Below are positions 1 through 15,394 of a DNA stretch of 64,000 bases, one piece after another. How positions within the stretch are numbered: position 1 is the stretch's first letter; every line of letters starts with the position of its first letter. The notes under the pieces are model-generated. The model worked only from the letters and a program-made list of their open reading frames with translations. It was not told the origin of the DNA and made no database searches. A program made the translations under genes and the position numbers. The stretch comes from Octopus vulgaris (taxonomy: Eukaryota): contig OX597832.1 in NCBI GenBank assembly GCA_951406725.2, positions 53,258,001 through 53,322,000 on the forward strand, in the 5' to 3' direction.

Positions 1-1769
1 GCAACCCATCTTCTAACACCACCCCCCACTTGAGTTCACCACTTGCTGTATTCTACTCCCTTCTAGCTCCCAACTTTCCCTTTGCACCCTTGCAAACAAT
101 GTGTGTCTGTTGGATCTCTTCTCCGCAACATGGCTTCTTAACACCCCTTCTCTCAATTTATGTCCACTTACCATGCCCCCTCCCATTCTCTTCCTGCAAT
201 CTTGAAGTTGCCCACACACACACACACTTTATCCAGTCCTTGGTCCCACTACACTTAGATATACCTCCCTGCAATTTCACTGTACTCACCCGTCCATCAC
301 ATCATCCTCTCTCCTCTGAGGTAGCCACATATCTCCTTTACTGCAAGATACCCCATTTCTGTCTCTCCATACTCTGACCTCTCATCACTTGGTACAAAGC
401 CACCTCCTTCAAAACTACTGCCCTGTTCCAGTTGAGTGGGGGCCTTGCAAGTTATTTGGTGATTTCGTTCCTGCTGGTGTCACAAAAAGCACCCAGTCCA
501 CTCTGTAAAGTGGTTGGTGTTAGGAAGGACATCCAGCCATAGAAACCATGCCAAATTAGACCTCACCGGTGCTGCTGCTACATAAAAAGCACCCTGTCTA
601 TTTGTAAAGTGGTTTCTGTTAGGAAGGGCATTCAATTGTAAAAACCCTGCCAAAACAGGCAAAAGAGCTTGATGCAGTCTTCAGGTTTGTCAACTCCTGT
701 CAAATCATCTAATCCATGCCAGTATGAAAAATAGACATTAAATGAAGGTGATATACACATTGTGAAGGTCAAGTTGACTGGGAATTCAAGTTGGCTTATT
801 TGACTAGTGAAAGGAACTTTACCTACTTGCGTAAAATTTTCACCAAAAGTGTACCATATGATATGGGTTTAACTATTTAAGAATTTCAATGGAACGAATT
901 CCATTCACAGGAGTGGTATCTGGCAGTACAGAAATGGTAATATGGTATTTAGGAACAGGTTCTGCTTTTATTTCTTAAACAGTGGAAAAATACAGTAGAC
1001 AGAGGAGTGACAGAGGAATGTGTATATGCATGTGTTTGATAAAGAGGTTCACTTCTCAACCATGTGGTTTTGGGTTCAGTTCCACTGCACATCACCATGG
1101 ACAAATATCTATTGTAGTTCTGGGTCAACCAATCCCTTGTTATAAGTGCAAACTCTATACATGTGTGTGTGTGTGTGTGTGTGTGAATGCCCCTCACTTC
1201 AAAAGTGTAGAGCTACAAATGTCAAAGTTTGTTAAAAATTTTCCTGTTGATGATACACTTTTAAAGATTTGTAGAATATAAAACAATATCTGAAAAACAT
1301 GTAATGGTTAGCAACAGGATGAGCACCCAGCTGTGTAACAAGGTTACAATATGTATGTTGAAACTATGGCAAAACAGGCATAAAACCAATGAAAACATGC
1401 AAACCGATACACACACACACACACACACACACATATAAGGAGACAGAAACATTACATACACATTTTCATATAAATGTATTTTTAAAGATATTTAGAGGTG
1501 TATACCTAATGACACCGATGTCAGTAATTAAACAAAATTGACAGCATGAAATATATTCCAAGTGGATACAACATACAGGTATTATATAAATTCCTCAAAC
1601 TTCTGCAAGAAACCAACAAAATTAGCAAAAATTCCCACCTGGACACCGAAAGTTTTCAATATCCCAGTAACAGAAGCTCTAAATTTAACACTGGATAATG
1701 TGCACATGTCATGCTATAAAACTAAATTCTTTGCCATGAAAGAAGAATCTATATATATATCTACACAGC

Positions 1770-2345
1770 TGGCCAACTTGCTTGGACTAATGTAATTTCT
1801 TCCATGCAAGATGATCTGGTCTTTCATAGCAGTCTTCATATCCTCCTTAACCTGATATCCAGTGTCTTTCACAAGTTGGTTGATAATATCTCTTCTTGGT
1901 ATGCTGATACCTGTATGTCATATGCAGATTTCCAGAGATAATTGGATATCTTATCCTTCCTTCTTCAACAGTGTCCAGCGTAACTTTAGGTTTTTTTGGG
2001 GTGGGGGTGATGTTAGGAAGACTGCCATACAGTTGCTGCTGCTTTGTAGTGTGTTGCTGGCAAGAAAGATTGAGAACTGCATGAAGGATTCTTGTGTATG
2101 TACCGTAAGGCTTCTTTTAAAAGTTTTTTGTTCAGAGTCCATGCTGAAGAATCACAGAGAAATACTGATTCAAGAAACCCTTCTACACGTCTTCAAGAAG
2201 AGAGAACTTCCACGTAATTCTGAGTGTCTTGGGCATACCATGCTTTTGCAATCTTTACCTAGTTGTCCTTTTCTGTTGAAACAACGTTACTTCCCAGGTA
2301 GGTAAAGTCATCAACCATCTTCAGATTGGTGCCATTCAGGGTACA
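1770..2345 (-). mobile_element. RTE-clade LINE ORF2 remnant
   Basis: Minus strand VDDFTYLG (~2293-2316) and QLYGSLP (~2015-2035), motifs of the RTE RT C-terminal region. Interrupted frame. Confidence 0.75.
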
Positions 2346-3151
2346 GATCCACTTAGAAGGGTTTTCCCATTGGGTCCACATAAGATATTGATGGGCTCAA
2401 AGATCTTCAAAATAACCATTCTTACATCTACAATCCAAAAGAACCCTAATATATATTCAGGCCTTAAGACTAATCTATTCCCGGACTTAATTATGGTTAA
2501 TAGCAAACGACATGTATTCTACATCAGTTTTCACAAAAATACAAATTCTTATATATTTATTGTGACAGAGAAAACCTCCAGAGATACAAAATGGATATCC
2601 ATATCTATATACATATAGATCAACATCATTTAACGCCCATTTTTCCATGCTTGCATGGGTGAGATGGAATTTGTTGAGGCAGATTTTCTAATACCAAATG
2701 CCTGTCCTGTTGGCAACCCTTTCTGTTTCCAAGCAGGGTAATGTTTCCCATGACTAAACGTCTGTCTTAGAAGACTGAAAAATGAACATCACTTGTATGG
2801 TAGTGGTGCTCATTGATAATCATTACATGATATCAAGACAAGAGTAAACACACTATATATACACATGCACATAATGAGTTTATGTTCCTATCCACCAAAT
2901 CCATTCACAAGGCTCTGATCAACCCAAGCCTATAGCAGAAGGCATTTGTCCAAGGTGCTGAAACCATACAGCAATGTTTGTATCTATAGATATGCATATC
3001 TATATGAGACAAACTAACAAACACAATCACACATACACGTGAAAGTGTAAGGTTTGGGAGTTATGTCAACTCTCTAATAAATATTAGTTGCAGACTTTTT
3101 AAACATAACACATCACAGAACAGCTTAATTATTCAATCAAATCCTTTTTGC

Positions 3152-3848
<697 letters not shown>

Positions 3849-3890
3849 CAGCAAGCAATGTTATTTCTTTACGTTTAGTTTATAACTTAC

Positions 3891-3987
3891 CTCAACATTA
3901 TCATCAACTTTGTAATCCAACTTGGGGGGCATTTCCTTTGGAGGTAACCGGACTTCAGAGAATTTAACTCTTTTCTCGGGCAATGTA
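3891..3987 (-). CDS. FMR1: FMR1/FXR coding exon 3 (S-TLPEKRVKFSEVRLPPKEMPPKLDYKVDDNVE)
   Basis: Long T-rich acceptor ...tttgttatag, donor GAG|gtaagt, 97 nt. Its phase-2 start fits exon 2. Matches FMRP QPDRQIPFHDVRFPPP...DEVE. Exon 4 was not found and is presumably left of the window. Confidence 0.93.
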
Positions 3988-4716
3988 CTATAACAAAGAA
4001 AAAAAAACAAAAATTATATCTCAAATGACAATATGAACCATTTCGAAGAACTGAAGAAAATGTGAAGGAATATTCAAAAAATTGTCTCATTTATATATAT
4101 CACATTCCTTTCACTGATAACATTGTCTTTTGACTTTCTTTTTGGTTTCCCTTATCAAAATTAAAGAACATATGAATCCTGACCAAGAACCCCCCTCCCT
4201 CCCTCCCAAGTTGTTCTGAAGCTGTATTTGAAATACGATACAACAATGTATATCATATTTCAAATAGATACATACAGCATCATACATGCTACCAAACCCC
4301 GGTGATGTTCTGAAGAAATGGCCCCTCCCCATAGTGCAAATCGAAAAGGGTATTCACAAGTTCTTGAAGACAGCTCAGAGAATATACTTGTAGTAAATTA
4401 TCAGAGAAAACAAAGCAGAAAAGAGATTAGTAGCTTACTATTCCAATAAATATGCACATTACCATGTATGCTATCAATATGTTTGAACCATTCTGGCAAG
4501 ACACCACTTACACATTTAAACCAAGTCATCGAACTTTATATATATTTTATAATAGTTTACTATTAGAGCTAACACATTCAACTTACCACTTTAATGGGCC
4601 TCCATACTGTACCTATCTACCAGATTAACTCATAAGGCATTGGTTGATCTGGGGTCACTGAAGACATTTGTATAAGATACCTTGAGGCCGACTCCCACTT
4701 TCTACATCTGTATGTA

Positions 4717-4759
<43 letters not shown>

Positions 4760-4763
<4 letters not shown>

Positions 4764-4950
4764 GTTAATCCAAACAAGAAAGCACAAAAAACACAATGCG
4801 AGGACGTAGAACAAATATAGTATTATTGGACGCTCAGGAAAGGAGGGTTTAATGTTTCGAGCAGAGCTCTTCGTCGGAAACATAGAAGGAAAGATCCAGA
4901 GAAGGGAAGACAGAGGAAAAAAAAATCGCCAACGGTACACACGCAGTCAT
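4760..4950 (-). mobile_element. Penelope-like element terminal remnant in a (TA)n tract (second copy 58743-58942, + strand)
   Basis: The two copies are reverse-complement matches, both embedded in TA microsatellites, and both contain a hammerhead-like core (CCGACGAAGAGC..GCTCGAAAC). The Penelope assignment is inferred from that motif. Confidence 0.6.
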
Positions 4951-6306
4951 ATATATTATATACATACTACCAAACCCAGATAACATCCCGAAGAAAAGAG
5001 CACACCTCAACCAACCCCTATGGATATAAATTTAATTAATGGGTACATTTCCTGAGCCCCAGTGATACAGCAGCTATAACACCTACTTTAAGATAGCACT
5101 GACTGTGTTACTCAGTACAGAGGATCGGAATGAATAACATTAAGCATTTTATTCGATGCTCTAATGCCAGTGCCAATCACCCTACCAGCTCAAGTTTCAC
5201 ACTACCACTGCAATCTCGAGTTTTACCTGAGCATCAGCAGTGAGAAACTTGAGTCACAAGACAAACTTTCAGTTCCAATAAAATAAGAAACATTTTCTAC
5301 AACATATATTGAGCACTTCTTATTCATCTTGACCTAAATCAACATAAGTATACAAGCTTCTAAGTATATGCACACATATATAAAACACATTCTCTCTTCC
5401 ATTTGCTTTTACATTCATTTTTCCATAGGTTAAATATATTTGAGGAATTGTTTTACAGCCAGATGTCCTTCCTGTTTATTATTAACCCATATCAAACTGC
5501 CAAGAAAGAAATTTCTGACTAAGCACACTTTTGAAAGCAGAAAGCCAGTGGATAATTTGACAAATTTAAATCAACACACACATACAACAGGCATAATCTA
5601 GTTTTTGTCAACAAAAAATCCTTCACAAGCCATTTGTAGGCTAGGATGATAGAAGATGCTTGCCTGAAGTGCAGCACAGAGGGACTGAATCCAAAGCCAT
5701 ATGCTTGTGGAACAAACTTCTTAATGACACAGTCTTGACTGTATTCATGTGTGTGCATGTAAGCTCTTTCATTGGTGGTTCATTCCTTTCTATAGTAAAT
5801 GAGAAGATCGTCTTCATGGGAGTCTATTTTAAATTTGTCTTCATTTGTGATTGTTTTCTTTTATTACCGCAATAAAGTCAATATTTGCAATATAGATGCA
5901 ACTATCACACCAGAATCAAAACGGATTTTGAAAGAGAGGGATAAGAGATATATAAAGAAAGTATTTCACTAAAAGGAAGTCATTTTTATTCATAGTTCAT
6001 CAGTTACGTACCCCCCCCCCCAAAAAAAAAACCCTATAAATTTACATGCAGATTAGAAGAGCCCAATTTTGTCTTCCTGGAGAAGTAACTTTTGCAGATG
6101 CAGTTGTAGAAATTTAGATAAAGCTGTCTCCAGTAGAGTGTTTAAACCATGCATGTCTAAGCAAGTTTCTTATTCATATGCACTCACAACCAATGCCAAA
6201 ATTTTGGGGAAAATGTAAGCACTTCTTTCACAGGTTGTTTGTTCCTTTCTACAGCAAAAGAGAGACCCATCTTAACAGGAGTCACAATGAAGTAAATTTA
6301 GATCCA

Positions 6307-6650
6307 ATGGAATACATAATATATAATATATATAATGAAATTATTGTATACAGTGCTCAGGTGCACCACAACTTGACAAAAAGTGCGTATAAAGAATATG
6401 CAGTAATGTACAAATGTCTGGAAAGCGAACAATGTAGGAGTCAGATACATGCTTGCGTGTGTATGGAGGGGAGAAAATCAGGTGTAGTGTTGGCGGATCT
6501 CAGGAAGCATGGAAGTTTTGAAGTATGCAGTGCTCCGACAACTAACAACTGATGCCGGCAGTTTGTTCCATGCTTCAGCAACTCTTAGCGTGAAAAAATG
6601 TTTCCTAAAGTCATGGGAGCTGTGCTGTTTTCTGACTTTGTAAACATGTC
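6307..6650 (-). mobile_element. CR1/L2-type LINE 3' end
   Basis: HDFRKHFFTLRVAEAWNKLPASVVSCRSTAYFKTSM is a typical CR1-group ORF2 C-terminus, followed by a 3' UTR and a short-repeat tail. Confidence 0.85.
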
Positions 6651-8998
6651 TACATTTCTTTTTCATTTCAACCAGAAAGTCCTTCATATTCATATATGGG
6701 ACTAATTATTTTTTTATCTATTTGGACCTCATCAGTAGAAAGAAATTAACCGTAAACATGTTTAGGTGCATCTTATTGGCATATGAGTTTTCTCCTCTGT
6801 GGCTAAACAGATGATTCAGCCTCTCACACCTACACTACAACAACATACTAAAAAACAATTACATAAAAACCAGGAAGCCATGAGATAATGTGATAACAAT
6901 GTCAATAAACATTACATTTGATAAAATTATCTGAATGCTTAAGGATTTAAATGAAGAGAGTATATAAGCTTGGGGGACATGGTGCCTCACCAAATGTTTA
7001 TGTTCTCTACACATTCCACATTATCTAATCACCAATAATAAATAGCCATGCAGTTTATAGCAAGATGATCAAAATTAAGAGCTAAGTAATACTTTTTCAT
7101 CAATGTTTATTATTTGTACATAAAAGCCTTCATCTGGCTTACTGAACTATTTTTAACACTAGTATTCAAACTGACCATATCCGGCACAAATTTCCTACTG
7201 GCTTTATGTTGAAACAGGCCTAACCAGGCCCCTCACGTATACTCTAGAATGTCATTCACAAAATAAACCACCATATCAACAAACACTTGAAGCTACACGA
7301 TATTTCAAGTTTAATTCAAAACAATGAATAAATAAGCATTCCATTTAACAGAACCTAAATGCTAAAGGGTTAATTATTCAATTATCCCCAGGGACAATTT
7401 AACCTAATTTAACATCCGTTTTCATATTGGCATGATGTGTTGGACAGTTTGACAGGATCTAGCAAGCTACAGGACTGCATCAAGTTCCAATGTCAGCTTT
7501 GCCATAGCTTCAACTGCTGGATGCCTTTCCTAATGCTAACCACTTTACTGAGGGTACTGGGTCTCATGTCACCAACACCAGTGAGGTTGCTAAGTAACTT
7601 GCAAGACCAATAAGACCAAGGGAAAACCCTCTTGACTAAATTGGGGGGGAGGGTATGAGATGGTTCTATGCCAGGTTGATAAACTGAAGTACAGTAGAGA
7701 GAGAGAGAGAGCGAAACCAAAGTGTCATATTATAGAAGAGATACAAGGCTACCCTGCATTATATAACAGTGGGTGTCAGTAGTTGGAAAGAAGATAAAGG
7801 TGGTGATGGGGATGCCAGAGCATCTCAAGATACAAGAAGGCGGGTGTAAAAGAAGCTAGACAGTGAATTGGTGGAGGGAAGGGGTAGGTTCATAAGAATG
7901 CGAGGGGAGAGTAATAGATAGTTAGAGATAGGGGTAGAGGTGAATGCAATGAGTGATGAACAGGGGTGGAGGTGCAGCTGATGGGAAATACCAGTATGGA
8001 GAGGGGTAACGTGAGGGATATAGGATAGGCTCAGGGAGGAGAATACATCAGAAAGCAGTGAGATGATATTTAAGGTGTAGGAGCAGTGTTAACATTATAA
8101 ATATATACATACATACATATATATATCAACCTAGCAAAGTTTATCCAACAGACTCCCAGATATTTTGTTGAATTTTACCAATTACCTATTTTCTTACTAA
8201 ACCTCTCGTTACCAGCCTGCCCTAAAATTGATTTATAATACCAAACTACCCAAAATGATGTATCCATATTTAAACGAGAATCTCAATGCAAACCACATTA
8301 CAATGTGGCTTTACTTGTTAAATACTTGCTTCACAATGCCTCACATTTTTTGACATGATTTTCCCGTCTTCTGATTTTTAGGATATTTTTTCCCTACATT
8401 GTAATGGTTACATTTTTTCAGTGACTTTACTACAGCGGGAGAAAAAAAAAAAACCAGTTTCACATTAAGAAGAAGCAGTTTGGAATTTGAAGGCTTTTCA
8501 AAAGAATATGCTGCAAAACCAAATGAAAAATGCAACAATTTTGATTAAGTGTTTGATGGAGAGTTAGGTATATTGATTACCAAAGCCTTCATCCAGCTCA
8601 CTGAAGTATCTTTAACTAGTATTTAAACTGACTATATCCAGCACAAATTTCCTACTTGATTTATGTTGAAACAAGCCAAACCAGGCCCCTCACACCTACT
8701 CTAGAATGTCATTCACAAAATAAACTATAGTCATCAGATATAGTAATGTAGTCAAGGATAGATTCTTTAAAGAAGAAAAAAAAAAAAAAAAAAAAAAAAG
8801 CAAAAGGAATAGCCCTCTGAATTCAGCTAATCCCCACAAAATAGGAAGAATAAAAACCTCTCTGCCAAGAAGGTTACTATCAGAAAAGCTAAATTCCCAA
8901 TGTATGGACAGTTAAAGTGACTTTCCACTTTGCATTCTGCCAGACTGAATTTTTCAGAACAGGATGTTTAACCACTTGCCAATACAGAAACATTTTTG

Positions 8999-9049
<51 letters not shown>

Positions 9050-9189
9050 TATTCCCCAACTTGCAATTAACTTAGAAACAAATAAACTCATCAAAAGTTG
9101 AAAAATATCTAAATCAAAATGAAACTTATAGCTCCCTAAACTTGCATTTCAACCAGTGTAAAAGTACTCAACATTAACATTCATATCCT

Positions 9190-10060
9190 TGAATATTTGC
9201 ATCGCCTTACATACAGGAACTCCTCCAAGAAGGTCTGATTAGAAATCTCCTTGGTGTATCTAATACTTCATTTTTCTTTCAACTCTGTCAGTTCACTATT
9301 CTTCTGTTATCCAGCCTCGGTTGCTATCTTTGTCTACTTCAAGATATTTTACAAATCCTACAATCTTTACACGAGCCACTTTGAATGTATTCACATTTGT
9401 TCCAAACACATTACTTCAAATACTGTTTATATTTTCTTAATTGTAATGAAAATACTGCACTGTTTTCAAAACTCATGTAGTGAAGTGCTGTTTTTTGCTG
9501 AATTGGTTGACTTGGCAAAGAATATTTACTGACAATACGCTTTGTGAATGTATATAATACCTTGACCCATAGGTGCTTAAGTGGTGTCATGTTTGGAAAT
9601 AGCTACACTACTTTTATATCAGGGTTTAGCTGAGATGCAGATGACAGAATATTATTTAAAAGCAATAAAATTCCCAATGTAATTTTCTCCTTATTACAAT
9701 ATTCCTCAACATGGGAAACAAAACTACTCAGGAACCAGTCTTCACAGGCTTATTTAGACAGTCATACTTCTTGTTGTGGCAGTAGGTAATAACCAATTTG
9801 TATTCTTAAAAGCACAAAAGTCAGTTTTCACAAGAAGGAACAAAGAACTTCACTTTAGACCAAACCTCATTTTTCTCTTAGAAGGGCCAAACTATATTGT
9901 CTTGAAATTTGGTATGCTTTTTGCTTTTTGATAAATGTAGGAACTTTCAGATACAGGCTTCCAATATAAACCAGTTTCATCGATGTTGAATATTTGTTCT
10001 GACAAATATTTTTAACTAATAGCTGCCTCAACACTTACTCGTTACACAGTGGAAATTACA
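9190..10060 (-). mobile_element. Old pogo/Tigger-like transposase remnant
   Basis: Minus strand YLSEQIFNIDETGLYWK (~9958-10008) and a degenerate FPNMTPL..PMGQG (~9560-9600), both DDE_1 transposase motifs. Heavily interrupted. Confidence 0.8.
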
Positions 10061-11350
10061 GCACCTTTTTAGTGCATCCTTGATAATGTCCTTATCTTTT
10101 ATAATAGTCAGAGATCATCAACTAAGACAAATCAAAATTACAGGTAATCACTCAAAGATTTTCTTCCTTCATGCTAGACTACTGTCTCGAACCTTGTTTC
10201 CAAAGCAACTGTGTTCTTCCACTAACAGGTAGAGATTCCTTTTACACTTGTCAGACAGGTTTTTGGTCAATACTTGAGGTTAATACGTAACACACACACA
10301 AAATATTAACTAAAAAACAAGATCAAAATGAATGACAAAGGTGATGTGGTAAAATGGAACTAAGAAAAGATTTAATGCTAGTAATATGCTGTGTTAAAGG
10401 CAATGAACTGTATCACCTAATGTGAAAAAATTTATTAATTTTATAAAATACATTTTCAAATTCAGTTTCCAATTTGTCATGTAACCCAACTGAATACTGG
10501 CTAAACTCACGTTTTCTTTTTGGCGATGATATAAACATAATTTTGAATAATTTTATATTTTATCAAATTCATTTGTAATTTGAATAGTTTTGAGACAAAA
10601 ATTATGCAACAGGTTTAACAACTTTTTGTTGAGTTCTAAAATCTAAATTCACAAATTTGTTCTGCAAACAACTTAAACATGCAAGTGCTACCAGTCGAGA
10701 GTTCCGCATACTGGAAGCCAGCAAGTGTATGGGGTCATCAGGAGAGAATGCACACCGTTTCGGGACCTATCTCTCGACGGCATCAATGCACACTGGCCCC
10801 CCCTCCTCACTAATATGAGGCTCTGCTTGCTAGATCAACTGGTTATCAAATAAAGCTCAATATTCTTCTAGCCATTTCCACTGTAATTTGGATATTGGTC
10901 ATAGTGGTATTTACTTTACAAACCCTCTACATCCAACTTTGATTTGAAAATACTACACTTTCTAAGCTGCGTCTTCACATTCCTCAAAGAGGTTTACATA
11001 ACAGTCAATCTTTCGAGCCTGAGTGGCGTACATGTTATCTTCATGAGGAACCATTAACTCGACTAGATTCACAACTTACACACCACATTAATTATTTTAG
11101 AATTTTATTAAAACACATAAGAGGCATACTTCAGTTAGAATTGGTTAAACTAGATTGCTTAACAATATCTTCAGTTCACATGGATGAACAGTTTTTGTTT
11201 ATAAATAAAAATTGCCCTGAATTTAATGAAAGCGAACAATGTTTATTCTTTCATTTTTTTCAATTCAGCCAGAAATATTCCTAATTGTGCATCAATTTAT
11301 TTGGCATTGTAAGTGCATAACAGCTGCACCTTGCCTCATTGTCAACTACT

Positions 11351-11745
11351 CTCTCTTTACTCTTTTACTCGTTTCAGTCATCTGACTGCGGCTATGCTGG
11401 AGCACCGCCTTTAGTCGAGCAACTCGACCCCGGGACTTATTCTTTTGTAAGCCCAGTACTTATTCTATCGATCTCTTTTTGCCGAGCCGCTAAGTAACGG
11501 GGACATAAACACACCAGCATCGGTTGTCAAGCAATGCTAGGGGGACAAACACAGACACACAAACACATACACGCATATATATATACATACATATATACGA
11601 CGGGCTTCTTTCAGTTTCTGTCTACCAAATCCACTCACATGGCTTTGGTCAGCCCGAGGCTATAGTAGAAGACACTTGCTCAAGGTGTCACGCAGTGGGA
11701 CTGAACCCGGAACCATGTGGTTGGTAAACAAGCTACTTACCACAC
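11351..11745 (-). mobile_element. tRNA-derived SINE with internal (TA/TG)n, family 1 (other copies ~19975-20370+, 23225-23575-, 43200-43598-, 63015-63565-, 36650-36865+, 46130-46290+)
   Basis: Pol III A/B-box-like head (GTGTGGTAAG...GGTTCAGTCCC on the minus strand), conserved body shared by many copies, (TAAAAG)-like tail. Confidence 0.85.
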
Positions 11746-13599
11746 TATTTGGATTTTAATTTATTCTAGATATTCTAATTAACTGTCATCCAGTATAAAG
11801 TTGCAGCACACAAACTACATACTCTTTAATTCATTTAATAAAATATTGCAATAAATTAATCCAGTGGATATCTTTGCCTCTACTATCATATGAACGGAAT
11901 TTAAAATAATTTAACTCGTTAGCATTCAAACTGGTCATATCCAGCCCAAATATTCAGTTTTATGCTCAAACTGGTCATGTCCAGCGTCTCATACCTATCT
12001 ACATAGAAATTTTAAAAATAATCACATCAAATCTCAAAGCTACAAGATAATGCAGGATTAATTCAAAACAATGTGAATAAACAAGCATTGCATTTGACAT
12101 AGTAATTTGAATGTTAAAAGGGTTAAAAATTTAAGGACTGCATGCAAGGATCAAGAGATGGAAAATGCATCACATTTCAATAAGAATGTTTTACGGTCAT
12201 AGGAGAACTTTGTAAGAGTTTCATGAAATACAATTCAAATATTTATTTCTAATTGCAATAAATGAAAGTACTTCATGACAAACATTAGTTTGAATAAGTT
12301 GATAAGTTGATCTGAGAGAAAAATTTCCTGTCTTTTGGATGCTAGGTCAGTCCAAAAATATCTTTCCAAATAACCTTAATAAGGATCATAAACTTCCCTG
12401 TGTAACTTTTTACCAATGCAGGAAATACTAATTTCCTTGGGCTCTCCTTTTTTATGATAAAGATGGTGTGAAAACCCATTCTTAATTTATGAGGATGTTT
12501 TATAAACACTGAAGCATCATTGCTACGAAATTGATAGTCTTCAAAATATTCCGAGCAACACTCAAAATACATAAGTGTACTTACTTAAACACACACACAC
12601 ACAAAGTAGTGCCTTATGTATATATATTAAGTGTGTGTGTAAATATTCACTTTTTCCTTTTATGTCATCATTTTTTCATACAATCTACGCTATAAGTGAG
12701 ATAGAATATATGTTGGAGCCAGTACTTCTACAACAGGATATTCAACCATATATATATATATTTTTTTTTTTTCAGACAGGCAGAAGCAACAATCAACAAT
12801 ACAATACAATACGACAATACAACCACTAAATATGTGTACAATTGCATATATTTGTTTATATATATGTAAATAAACCCTTTACGTTTTTTGATTTCCAATG
12901 TGCATTTTCGCTTTTTTCTTCTTACTTTCCCCTTACATTTCCACGTGTAGTTTCTATTTTCTTTTTGTAACATTTCTATTATATATATATATATGTATGT
13001 ATGCTGCAGCATATCCAATTCCCCAGAAATCCAACTCTTTCTTGGGAAGCTGTGTGGGGGAAAAAACACATTATCCAATACACCAACGTACTACTTGCAG
13101 GAGCTTTCAACAATGCTTCCACTTCCACAGATGCTATCATTTTTCAGCTTTCCCTAACCATTTACAACAATGCTTAACCCTCTCCCACCAAACCTGCATC
13201 GCCTCCTAAAGCGAGACCTCAGAAACATTCCCTGATGGTGTTATGTCAAATATGAATCACTATACATTATCAAGGAAACAATATCAATCCTGACCCAAAC
13301 ATGAACGGAAAAGCAACTAGCACCCCCAAGGTCACTACAAATATTATATCTCACCTTCGCTAAGGATCTAACATCCTCAACATGGCTAAAATTAATCTCC
13401 CTCTTTGGGACCAAAAATATCAGCACTGGGGAAATGACAAAAGACCATGAGCTGTGGTGATTTGCTGTACTTGAGAAGATGTGTCAAGCTAAGTAAAATC
13501 ACAGTCATCCATACATATATTAGGAAGGGCATCCAGCTGTAGAGACCATGCTAAGACAGAGAACTGGGGTCTGAACAACAACTGTCAAACCATCTAAAC

Positions 13600-13859
13600 C
13601 AGTACTAGTCAAAGTGATGCTCCACAAGCCATCATCTGCTGGTATGCGGCGAGTTTCCAGAAAAGAAAGAAACCTTATAAGATGCTTATATAATATTGTG
13701 ATATTTGTTTACAAAATAAATATAAGATAAAAAAAAAATGTTAACGTTTATTATATTCATTATATATATTGTTTCCGGTTTAAATTAATATTACCAGCCC
13801 CTGGTACACTGGAAAAACAAACTGCCGGTATGCCACATCAGATAGTTTGAGAAGCACTG
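13600..13859. mobile_element. hAT (Charlie-like) MITE inserted into an RTE-related repeat tail
   Basis: CAGT...CAAA / TTTGAGAAGCACTG ends, 8-bp TSD ATCTAAAC/GTCTAAAC (7/8). Confidence 0.75.
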
Positions 13860-15176
13860 GTCTAAACCTGGTCTAACCCATGCCAGCACAGGAAATGGAT
13901 GTTAAACAATGATGACACATACTCTAACAATTGGTAAATTTTTGAAAAACTCAAGCAAGATCACTGCCCCTGTATACATACAAACATCATAAACCATTTG
14001 ACTGACATACAAGGGTATATGTAACAAAGTAATTTAAAACCTCTAGACAGCAAAATGTTCAAATTCAATAGATTTCATTTTCTCTATCTCTATAAAGGCG
14101 TCTTTTAAATAGGCTCACAGCCCCATGAAAATAACCCTAGAAGAAAAAACATTCTCTTACATCCATGTCCCATCAGGTTTTCCGCTATTATCTTTGGCTA
14201 TAAAATCAACTGATTTAAAGCATATTCTTTGTTAAGTTCTCTTTTGCACATAAACTCCCACATTTCTTTGTCTTTTTCCCCTTACATGTTTTTTTTTAAT
14301 TTCAAGTAATAAGAAGAGTAGTCTATAATATACAACAGCTTCAATTGTTTTCACTTTATGAGTAACCAGCAGCAGGATTTCTGAAACTCAGATCCATTTT
14401 CAGTTTATTTAGAATATAGGCCAGAACATTTTAAAAAGAAAATTTTTTATGGTGGTGAGTGGGCATTGGTAAAAGAGCAATGCTGTCCTAAATAAAATTT
14501 TTAATTTATCTAAAATACCGGGCTATTATTAGATTGAAATCTACCTCACTGGCTACATGTAAGTTAGTTTTTATACAATGGCTGCTCCTTAGCCCTATCA
14601 AACCTGGGACCCTTGGGCCTAACTTTACCCTCCACCTGTGCTCCTGAGCAAAAACAAAATAAGAAGTTGCATAATCAGCTAAAGATTAAGAATTGCAAGC
14701 AAACTCATGGACAGGATCACAAAAACAAACATTCAGAACAACAATAGGCCTTTCTCTCAACTACCGTATTTGTTCACTTGAATTACTATTTTCCTCATCC
14801 CTTTCACCAGTTTGATTGTCCGAATCACACATTGCTAGTGTAAGGGTAAGCTCTTTGTCCAAACAATAAATATCCTCAATTTCCTCAACTGCAAGAGTCT
14901 AAGTCTTGGTCATTTACAAGACAAAGTGCAGAGTTCATCACACACTCATTGTTTTTATTTCATTAAAAACAAAAGTAAACACCAGCTGTGGAGGACACCA
15001 TTAACAAATGAGTTATAAACACACTTGACTACAAAGCTGCAATGTGAACAATTGTCTAATATTAGTATTTTAACTACTACTTCTTAGTGTGTTGTTCATT
15101 ACCGCTTTAGTAATCCATCAGAGATGATGTTCAAGTCCTTCAAGCGATAGTTGGCAAAACAGCACGACAGGGTTAA

Positions 15177-15394
15177 CCCTTTTGTTACCGTATTTATTTT
15201 GAGATGCTCTGTGTTTCTTTCAATAAATTTTAAATATAACAAAGAATTTAATAAAAGAACTTAGTTATCATTAAACTAGTGTTGGGAACATAAATTGTGA
15301 CTAAGGTTTGGTGGAAGATTTTAATTCAGTACTTATGAAAGACATTTGTACTACAGAGCCGGAGGCAGTTTTGGCCAGGTTGGTATCAAAAGGG
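15177..15394. mobile_element. TTAA-specific MITE, family A (piggyBac-type)
   Basis: TTAA|CCCTTTTGTTACC ... GGTATCAAAAGGG|TTAA, about 220 bp, multi-copy in the window. Confidence 0.85.

Noticed and set aside
1862-2305. 147-aa plus-strand ORF with a signal-peptide-like start
   Set aside because: It is the antisense frame of a decayed RTE LINE and starts at GTG.
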